DNA of 57,496 nucleotides, the filler included, from Nemertoderma westbladi (Eukaryota; Animalia; Xenacoelomorpha): the NCBI GenBank assembly GCA_032718475.1. It is 3 parts of 3 records of this genome, joined end to end, with 100 filler letters (N's around TTAATTAATTAA, not from the genome) between each part and the next. Parts side by side here need not be neighbours in the genome. Positions count along the whole stretch, not along the records: positions 34,549 to 57,496 come from JAUCBJ010006488.1; 2 more parts are not named here. One strand, given 5' to 3'. Shown piece by piece: positions 48,230 to 57,496 of this stretch (position 1 is its first letter; every line of letters begins with the position of its first letter). The translations under genes and the position numbers were made by a program. The notes beneath the pieces are model-generated. The model saw only the letters and a list, made by a program, of their open reading frames with translations. It had not been told where the DNA came from and did not search any database.

Positions 48230-49055
48230 CACGTTCGTGGGGCCATCGCGCAGGACGAGGCTCAGTTATAAGATACAGATTAAAATTGAGCAATTCTATC
48301 CCAAAATCGGTACTTAAGAAATTTAAATAAATAAATAAAAAATTTAACCAAACCGCCTAAAAGAATAAATCAAAGAAGAAAGGAAAGTTCCCCTTACCTT
48401 ATGCCGATAGTATTGATACTGAAATATTAATTTATCATGTTTAATGCCTCAACGAAATAATTTAGCTAATACCTAAAGAATCACCATTAAATTCAGCCAA
48501 TCATTGTGCAAGATAGAGAAACTCAGTGGAAGGATGATTAGAATGTTTCCCATCTAGGCAATATCAAAAATGCCGAGACTGGAAGTATAGAGTGATGGAA
48601 TGCATTTTAACTTAATTACGTTTAGATCAATTAAAAACACATTTCTTAAAGCAAATCTCTTGAACTAATTAAAAACTATAATGGAATGGTGTATGGGGAT
48701 TACAGTTGTATACTTTAAATAATATACTCAAAAATAATTAATATCCTTTAAGGAGGCAGGTTGAAATTGATGTTTTTACCCTAATCAACTTAATTAACTA
48801 ATTAACTGCTATTATCTTAGCTTTTCGAAGGCCACACGGAAATTCAACTTGGAAAATTTCTAAACTTTGGCCAGACTACATGTGTACCAAGTTTGGTTAA
48901 ATTTCATTTACATTTGGCTGAGTTATTAACGTTTAAAATTGGACACAACAGATCAACAGAACAACAGACACACCACACAACGCCCCACAACAGATACACC
49001 GATTGAGTTAGTGGTACCTGTATGCTAATCTCGCTTACTTTCGTCGCTCGCCCCA
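48230..49055 (-). mobile_element. Second HINE-like copy, inverted relative to 44593-46362
   Basis: Diverged reverse complement of the left copy from TTCGTGGGGCCATCGCGCAGGACGAG to CGCTTACTTTCGTCGCTCGCCCCA. Confidence 0.65.
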
Positions 49056-49059
49056 CAGA

Positions 49060-49855
49060 ACAACAAGAGTCCCACAAGAAATGAAAACAAACAAGTTGGT
49101 GCCAGTTCCCAAGAAGGGCGACCTAACACACAATGGTTCTTTTCGGGGAATCTCATTGATCTCGATTGCTGCAAAGCTATACAATTGAATTCTATTAAAT
49201 CGCATCAGGGATCCCATTGAGAGACTGCTCCGTGGAAACGAGAATGGGTTCCGTAAACGTCGTGGGACCATGGAGACCATTTTGGCACTTAGAAGGATGA
49301 TTGAAGAGTTATCAAAAAAGAAAGACAGGCATCTGGCTGTTATCTTTGTTGACTTCTTCAAGGCCTTTGATTCAGTCTCTCGCTGATGTATGTTCAGCAT
49401 ACTTTCATTATATGGGATTCCTGATGAAATTATTGCAGCAATTAGATCAGTATACGATGGTTCGACAACATTTGTTTCTACTGTTCATGGTGACACAGAA
49501 CCATTTGAAATATTTTGGGGAGTCCTCCAAGGAGACACACTAGCGCCATTCTTGTTCATAATTGTGGTTGACTATGTTCTACACATGTCCTTAGATCATC
49601 ATAATAATGATGGGGTGATGGTAACTCCACCAACTGGCTCCAGAAGTCGAGGAAATCCTGCCAAGTTCCTAACTGATCTAGACTTTGCTGATGACTTAGG
49701 AGTACTCTCAGAATCACTAGAGGGAGCCCAACGGCTCCTCAGCTCATATGAACATGCTGCTTCTAGTGTTGGTCTTTCTATTAACTCCAAAAAAGACCAA
49801 AATTTTGACAGTTAACTTTGAAAGTCTTCAGCAAGACTCTCACCGGATGACTTAT
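49060..49855 (+). mobile_element. Internal RT fragment of the same RTE family (pseudogenised)
   Basis: Highly similar to 20633-21325 plus upstream LVPVPKKGDL; in-frame stops; no tail. Confidence 0.9.
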
Positions 49856-51094
49856 AACGAACCTGCCTATTAATAGGCCAGGGTAGTCTTTTCAAGAGTT
49901 GAGTCGTTCAAAAACACGATATGGTTATGGATATAATGTATAACCATCCAATATCTCAAAAACTCAAAAACACAAGGAGGTACGCAAACATTTTAATAAC
50001 AAACACTACATAAATTTTGGTTGCGCACAAGACTTTATATTTTTTGTGGCGATTTGATGACGGGGTCACTGAATAATAGCTGTTTTGAAAATTTAAAGTC
50101 GAATTCCACCGATTCCAACTCGGTGAGTATGCACCAACTTTCTTATTTGGGCTATTCAGTCCTTTGGGCGACATATTTGAGCCTCAGAATCTTTTCAAAT
50201 GTCGCCAATCTCGCACAGAACGTCACCAAAATTTGTTAGCCGGCAAAAAAAACGCACTAATTCGTCTAAAAGAGTAAATTATTGGTTGCAGAATAATAGG
50301 ATTCAACTAGAAAAGGCAGCACGCTAGCTATAAGGAGACCGTCCATAGACAAACGTAGTTTTAGTTGGGTCCCTCCTCATTAATTATCATCAACCTATAA
50401 ACCATTTAAACGGCCCAGTGCTTACAATTCAATTACCTGGCCTCCCATCTAACATAGCAGTGAGTAGTAAACCTTATAGATATTCCTATAGGATTCACTG
50501 GGAAGAGCTATTTAGCTGTCGGGGTAATACATTATACAAATTACCTAACAGTTGATGTTTGATTACTGTCTGGGATAAAGTGAGAGAGTAATAAATTTAG
50601 CAAGTAATATACTTCTGTGCAGTTTGGGCCTATCCATTCAATCAATAGTAGTAGCTTACTAGGCTCTCATGAGTAGCAGCAGCTGGTGTTTCTATCATTG
50701 AGTTGAATTTTCGTGTTTTCATTTTCGCTCACTCAGGGTACTTGGTTTGAGGGGCAGGTTTAAAGCCAGCTTGCTGAATATCTAGTATTTAATAACAAAG
50801 ACTAGCCGAATCTCAAATATAGTCAAACATGGACTCTTCGGCTTTACAGTGACACCCCAGCCTAGCAAGCGCTTAATTATTATATACTATCGCCTGCTCT
50901 AAAAAGATATACAGGTACATATGGGACGCTTGTGTTGTCTATAAACAGCGACCAAGTAGGATGTGTCGGATATGCTGATTATCTCTTTAAAGAACCGCCA
51001 GGATCTATACAGATTAAGAACTTTAGCAGCTAATAAGAACGTGTGGAGAGAGACTATGCAGGACGCATACGCCTTTTAGAGGCATGAAAGCGTT

Positions 51095-54000
51095 TTCATT
51101 CATTCATTTCTTTTAATCAAATAAAATTGATATAACACAGATTATTGGGTCATAAAATATATACAGTAATTACACAAAAGCAACAATAAAATACGTAGCG
51201 CAACATAGATAAAATCAATGTGAACTTTACAAACTTTAAATAAAACAGTGTTCAGTTTGAAATAAAGGCTGTACATGTTATAAATTCATAGGTGTAGTCG
51301 TTCGTGATAATTGTACAACATAATTAATATTCCGAGAGATGTGTTCTAAGTGGTAAATGGAGCTCTAAGTCTAAGTGGAGCTCTGGTGGAACCCGGTGAA
51401 ATGCTCAGCAATGCCGAGATGAAATCAGTGAAATACTATTTAGATCCCGTGCTGTGATGGTAACTCAGACGATATTGAAGTATTGTGTAATCCTATTGTG
51501 TTTGTCTTTGAATGATCTGTTCTTGAGATTGTAACATTCCTCGATGTACCTGGCATTAATGCATTCGATGGTCGTGAGGGTTCCCAATTTAATTCTCGCT
51601 TTCAGTTCTTTAACACCATAGCTGTGTTGTAGAAGGGAACTTATACTTGGCATTGCGAACTCTAGATTGCAGCGGTTGTACAAACTACCAATACCTACGT
51701 ATCTCTTCATAGTGTCCATCCTGTTGATTTGCAGCATATTGCGAAGGTTGTACTGTAGATTTGGATTGGGACAGGATGTTAGTCGCCACAAGATTCCGAT
51801 ACAGGATGTAAAGGCATCGAAAGCAAGTGGTTGGCACCCCATTAAACTGTATATCACCTGATTCGAAGCGTATGTTCCAAGATGGAGTAGGCCCCTTAGT
51901 GTTTTCCGGTAATAAATCTCAAGTTTCTCAATCTCGGTCTTTGTTAAGCGCCCTATCAGGAATTTTGCGTAGTATAGTATCATAGGGAGTGCAACAGACC
52001 TCCACAGGTGAGCGAGAGTAGTGGTATTGAGCCACCTGACAGTCCATGCGTTCTGGTGAAAAGATTCAGAGGCCATGGCGATTAGACGGATATACTCAGC
52101 GAGAGGATTGGGTCGCCAGAATTCTAGCTTGTATCCAAGGAATAGTAGCATAGATTGCCCTGGTATGAGTGTGTTCTTAATAGTGATGAAGGTAGGGATG
52201 CTGACGTTACTAACGTTGGTTTTACTGGGGACACAGTAAGTCCATTTAGTCTTACTACTCTCAATATCCAGATGTATATTCCGCAGATTGTCGATGATGA
52301 TCGATAGGATTCTTTCAAGGTCCTCTGGATTTCTTGCCAGAACTAATATGTCGTCGGCGTACACAATAATGTCCATCCAATTGCTCCCAGCTGTATGTTT
52401 ATACCCAGCAGAGTCCAGTGCGTGAAAGACGTCACTCAGATAAAAGTTGAATAAGACTGGCGAGATGTTGGATCCTTGTTTGACACCCTTCAGTATAGGT
52501 ATACCTGAGCAGCTGATCTCGTCACCAAATTTAAGAAACACCAACGTTTTACTGTAGTATCTAAGCAGTGAGGCACGTGTGAGGGTTGATGTAACGGCTT
52601 AATTTCTGGAATAAAATAAGATGATCCACGTTGTCGAAGGCTGACGCTATATCAACTTGACAGAGAAAAACTGGCAGACCATGCTGTTTTTGGAGTTCCA
52701 GACATTCCAGTAGGCTTCTTCTGGTATGCAAGTTGAGGTGGATGAGATAAGATCCGGGTTGATAGGAACTCGTTCAGAATCAGGGATTCATAGACTTTAG
52801 CCAACAGATTGACTGTCGCAATTGGACGGTAGGATGATGCTAGAAGTGGGTCCCGCGACTTTCCCTTGTGGATATTAGTGATAATGGTGAGACCAAAGGT
52901 GTCAAGTACGTTTCCTAATCTGAAACACGTGTTGGTGACATCACTGAGAATTGGTCAGATCAGGTCCGGGTCAAGGTAAATAACATGTTCAATAACTAGA
53001 GAATGAAGATCAGGTGATTTACCCAGGGACAAAGCTTTGACTGCTCTTTGTATAGCTGCAGGGGAAATTATAGGAGCCGCCGTGGTCTTGCATTCCTTCT
53101 CCAGGTCCTGAACGAGTTGCTCAATAGATGTGCTGTCTGATATGTTGCTAGTATTTAAGAAGTTATCTCTAATTTTGTTTTGAACCGCTGATGGAATAGT
53201 TTGGGAATTCTTAGGGTTGAAGGACCGCCAGAATTGCTTAGGGTTAGTCCTAAGTAGGCCCGCCTTAGAATTTACCTGGTTTGCGACCAGATTCTTGGAC
53301 AGCCAGTTTCTTGTGCGCCGTAGGGATCTCTTTGAATCTTTATATGCACTCCCTATTTCGCTGTCCGCTGGCTTTATTTGATCTGCCCAGACTTTATATA
53401 ACTTCCTAGTAGTTAGGGATAGCAGATGCAGGGCCCCCGACCGAATTCTGAGGTTCTTAGTGAGTTTGCGGCGTTTTGCAATAGGTATTTCCCTGACAGC
53501 AGCATCATAAAGTATACCCTGCAGTTGGTTAACTATACAGTCCAGATCTTCGTAGGTCCAATGTAATGGATGAGTATAAGTGGGTGACAATCTATCGAGC
53601 TTCTGTATTTCAGACTCCACAGTTTTGTTGTATTCAGCCAGCTGTTTGGTGGTGGCTCTATTCCAGGCAAACCTCACCGTGTGTGTGTGTTGGACCGATG
53701 GTGTACGTTTCGGGCTCGCACTGCCCTGAAGTGGGAACATGAAGTTTGAGGATATGGGAACATGATCTGACAGGTTCAATGGGTTTACCTCCATAACCAG
53801 CCCATTACTGAAGAATGAGGCTCCTGTAGGTGAGGTAAGTACATGGTCAATGTAGGAGTTCCCCCAGTGCCCTCGATATGTGGTCGTTGGACCACCCGTC
53901 TTTTCAATGGTGTCGACTACATGTTGACCATTTTCCAGAATGAAGTCATTTAGTCGCAGACCTCGTGGTGTGGCTAAAGTCAGTGAGAAGCGTGGACCTT

Positions 54001-55250
54001 GAAGGGGGCCAAAGTCGGCGTTAGTATCAGCTAAAATAATGGGAATTGCGTCATTGTGGCTCAAGATGGTAGCAGATAGTCTACCGAGAAAGTCTTCAAA
54101 GTAACTGATATCTTTGCCAGCATCATGAAAGAATCTACTACTAGGATCGGCATGCTGCATTGCAGCTGCATTTTTAAGAATGCTGTGCCGGCTTGTCAAC
54201 AAAATTGCACCGCCACAACTCCCTATCACCCATGACATTTGCTAGATCATCCGCATCTTTAAGGCCAGTGTCCTTTAAGATGCGTCTCAAGAAAGTCATG
54301 GGCTGTCCACCATGCTTATTCACTCCATGAGGCTGCCAAAGTACAAGATTATGCACTGGCTGGTCCTCACGGCGAAAACATTGTCCTGCAAAGCAGAGGC
54401 GATTTTGTTCTAGTGTCAAGCTTGGGGGGACCAATGAGACACCTCCAATGTTATATAGTGTCTGGTTGGTTGTCTGCTTGTTATATAGTGTCTGGTGCAT
54501 TGTACTTGACACAAAGAACCCGGCGTAGCATTCTTGTGAATGTGCCATCCAGAGATTTGGTGTCCTCAGCAGTTAGAGCCCAGCATGGACTCCCATAGAG
54601 GAGTACTGGAACTACTGCTGCTCTAAATATTCGGACCATAAGTTTCCGATTAATTCTCGGTGACTTCCAAATCCTGGAAAGCCTATTCAAGGCTGCCCAT
54701 GCCTTTCCCTTACGTATTCGAAGGTCCTCACCTGACTTCCGGATCAATGATCCCAAGTAACAGAAGTCGTCCACATGCTCAAGCATACCATGAAAGAATC
54801 AGAAGGGGTGTGTTGTAGCCAGTAATATGAGCCCTGACACCCACTATGTTATCACCAGATACCACTACAGCAGCGTCGTGAAACTGTCCCCTCCTGAACC
54901 ATAGACCGACACCACCAGGACCACGCACTCTATTGGGATTGTTCATTAAGGAGCTAACTGTATGTACACATTTAAAATCACGATTGAAGTCAGATAGGAG
55001 TTATTTGCTTTCAATTGCGTCCAACCAGTGTTCCTGTAAGCCGAGTACATCACAAGAGGACAGTAGGTTGGTAACATAATCACTGTTTGCACTGAATCCA
55101 TGACAATTAAAAGTGACAGTACGTAAATCTATATGGGCAGGGGAAGTATACCGATGCTGCTGTGGTGTATCATCCGTGTTAAACCCTAGTCCGACCCCGA
55201 TTATGACCAGCTGAGTGGGTGTAACTCGACTGAGACCAATGATCATATAT
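51095..55250 (-). mobile_element. Second, diverged RTEX-like LINE ORF2 (APE + RT), degenerate
   Basis: TFNCHG..LQEHWL, ADTNAD, SYIDH, SDHVPI, GVKQGSNISP, VYADD; shares RF.W..A, TKN.RIRS and WT..WL with the 20-25 kb LINE; (TGAA)n-like tail near 51100. Confidence 0.88.
54136..54791 (-). mobile_element. 5'-truncated RTE copy inserted in the APE domain of the host LINE
   Basis: Near-identical to 21342-21978; (TAG)3 tail; perfect 12-bp TSD CATGAAAGAATC at 54124-54135 and 54789-54800. Confidence 0.93.
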
Positions 55251-55267
55251 TTTATATATTGTATATA

Positions 55268-56257
55268 CTAGAAAGCCAGTGGCCCTTAGGGCCACGGCTT
55301 TCTACATTAATCGAAACATTAATTTTCGAAACATTAATTAATAAATTAACTTAACTTAACAAAACGTCACATGATTGAGTATTCTCTCAAACAAAAGGAC
55401 TGATGCTCTTTTACTTTTCAGATATCTACATACAACGTACAACATAATATAAGGCTCAGGTTGTCGTAGATACCTGCCAAGTATCACTTCCAAAGGATTA
55501 CAAATAGTAAATATATGGAAGAAGGTTAAACTGTAGAACTGCAGGTGTTTACCATCATCGTAAACACAACCTAGATAGTTTATTTAGTTTAGTAGGTACT
55601 GTACAGTACTTTTAGATCGCTGCCAAGAATCAACTCTAAAGAATTTAAATTGGAGAAGGATTTAACTTTCAGACAATTCGTCTCTAGCGGCGGACTGGAG
55701 AACTGAAGACTGGTCAACGTCCTTCCTAAAGACTCAGCCTAGCTATGATGTAGTAGACCTCTAACAATTATCAACCTAAAATCATTTTTAATAAACAAAT
55801 GTGAGAATGTTTTCACTTTTCAGTCATTGTAAACCCGAGCGGGAGACTGGAGAACTGCAGTCTGGTTAACGTCCTCCCCAAACACACAGCGTATAATGTA
55901 GTATACATTTCCCAAGTATAAGCAAAAAAGCATTAGAAACAACGAAACGGGAGAAGGTTTTCATTTCAGACATTTCTCCCTCTAGTGGCAGACTGAAGAA
56001 TTGCAGATTGGTCAGAGTTCTCCACAAACACGCATTCTATGGTGTAGTAGACCTCTGCAAAGTATCAGCCTAAAAGCATAATTAAATAAATTGGTGTTGA
56101 GCTGTAAACACGCGTAAAATAAGACTCGAGATGGCGACGTTGCACGTGCTCTTGACAAGAGCTTTCGTTCGATGTATCGCGAGCTCAGATTGGTGCTTGC
56201 GTGTAGAAACGTATAGCTTGGACAGACAAACAGACAGATCATATTTAAATATATTGA
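55268..56257 (-). mobile_element. Non-autonomous Helitron with internal ~150-bp tandem repeats
   Basis: 5' TC..ATATATTTAAATATGATCTGTCTGTTTGTCTGTC; 3' hairpin GTGGCCCTAAGGGCCAC followed by CTAG|T. Confidence 0.75.
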
Positions 56258-56479
56258 AACTGTATACTGTATAAAGGGGAGATTATGTTCTAGAATAGTA
56301 ATTAATCCCGTATTTAATAGATAAAAATTTTCAATTTTCAAAATAGTACCACAATGTATCTCTTCTAGAGATTTCGGTGGAGTTTCTACCCTACACTACT
56401 GTGTAACATTAAATCTATTTCAGTTTATCTACGTATATTAAAACAGTCCGACAATATAATCAGTGATATAATTTGTCTT

Positions 56480-56938
56480 TTAACCAGATCGGTTTCTGAG
56501 GGCGGCCTCTGCAGTGGTGGGCAGTATAAAGTGTTTCTCTGGTAGGACAGTGCCACTCCTGTCTCGGTAGTGCTCTCTATGTCTCTGGGCGGCGCTGTCG
56601 AATCCACGCAACTCCTCCTGTCGGTTGTAATCGTAATTGGTGAGTTGGTATCGCGGCTCGAACAGGAATCGGTCTCTGGTTCGGGTTCGGTTGTCCAACA
56701 CGAGGTTCGGGTTGTGACTGAACTGAGTCGGGAAGTAGCCACCCCGGGACCACGGTGTGTTACTGGTCGACAGCGCCGCCGAGCGGTAGTCCTGGAAATA
56801 ATTAGCCGTCGTGTTCCCAAACGTGTCGCCGTAGGTGAACTTGGAGCCCGGTGTGTAACCACGGTAACCAGGCATGTGTCTCGGCGGAACGTAGTTCGCT
56901 TGGTAGGTGGTGATTAATGTTCCAGCTGGCTTCGACAT
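56480..56938 (-). CDS. CIMIP2C: Ciliary microtubule inner protein FAM166C/C2orf70 homolog
   Basis: AGTL.T...YVPP..MPGY.G..P...F.YG...G.TT..YFQD.R...TP.S.GG.FPT.FS.NPNL..RDR; the terminal GGTTAA could instead be a splice donor. Confidence 0.85.
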   Translation of the reverse strand: MSKPAGTLITTYQANYVPPRHMPGYRGYTPGSKFTYGDTFGNTTANYFQDYRSAALSTSNTPWSRGGYFPTQFSHNPNLVLDNRTRTRDRFLFEPRYQLTNYDYNRQEELRGFDSAAQRHREHYRDRSGTVLPEKHFILPTTAEAALRNRSG

Positions 56939-57496
56939 CGCGTAAATACTATTTTTACTCCAATAAATATTATGTTAGTATTTGTATTTCACATTTACCT
57001 CAGATTTATTTAAGCTACTACTGTCACATTAAATATACGAGATATTTTGCCTTTTTTTATTAATTATTATTAATTACATTTATTACGGATTTCGGTTAAG
57101 CTCAAGGTCAATAAAAAAATACTGAATTCACGTTTCGCTACCTGTTGTTTGTAAGAATTACCTGGTTGTGTTTGGAACATCGCTTTGGCAACACATTGCC
57201 CGTATGATTGGCGACTGATGCCGATGTCATTGTGTTTCATATTATTTATAAATTGATGTGGAGTGGTGGGTAGCACAGTATTAAATATAATATTGTGGTA
57301 TGATAATGTTCTCTAATTGCGCAAACCCATATTATTTTACTGTCGGTTATGAGATATCCGTTTCTCGTCGTCTACGGGTGTGTCGGGATTATTATTATTA
57401 TATACATATTTACTGTATTAAGATACTACAGTAGCTGCCGTAAGATCAATGAAACCTCTTATTAACGCCAATGGATTAATGAGCGACTCGATTATT

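Noticed and set aside
52955-54238. 427-aa ORF as a novel fusion gene
   Set aside because: Its N-terminus is an alternate frame of the inserted RTE 3' end running into the broken host LINE endonuclease.

Overview
This is AT-rich animal (invertebrate-type) genomic DNA, not prokaryotic. It consists of three contigs joined by artificial 100-bp linkers (44N-TTAATTAATTAA-44N at 17708-17807 and 34449-34548). Host genes: (1) ten phase-consistent minus-strand exons of an LRP4-like LDL-receptor-family gene (651-12997; YWTD propellers 2-4 plus EGF modules; both ends lie outside the contig or window); (2) an intronless, divergent interferon regulatory factor (IRF DBD + IAD, 8459-10132) nested antisense inside an LRP4 intron; (3) intronless CRYL1; (4) the first exon of an SLC18B1-like MFS transporter; (5) an intronless type-II membrane fibrinogen-domain protein flanked by an inverted pair of Helentron-like elements; (6) CIMIP2C/FAM166C. 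A frameshifted zinc-knuckle + HMG-box pseudogene missed by the ORF track lies at about 13930-14782. The rest is dense with mobile DNA: two diverged RTEX-like LINEs each interrupted by a copy of the same RTE element (with target-site duplications), CRE and Penelope remnants, a Helitron, a hAT element, and several palindromic MITEs and minisatellites. The most striking structure is a ~2.3-kb array of 30-bp units that amplify the last 24 nt of an LRP4 exon plus its GTAAGT splice donor, giving about 50 in-frame alternative 5' splice sites. A second donor-derived array occurs in another intron of the same gene. All family assignments are from motif recognition by eye; no searches were run.
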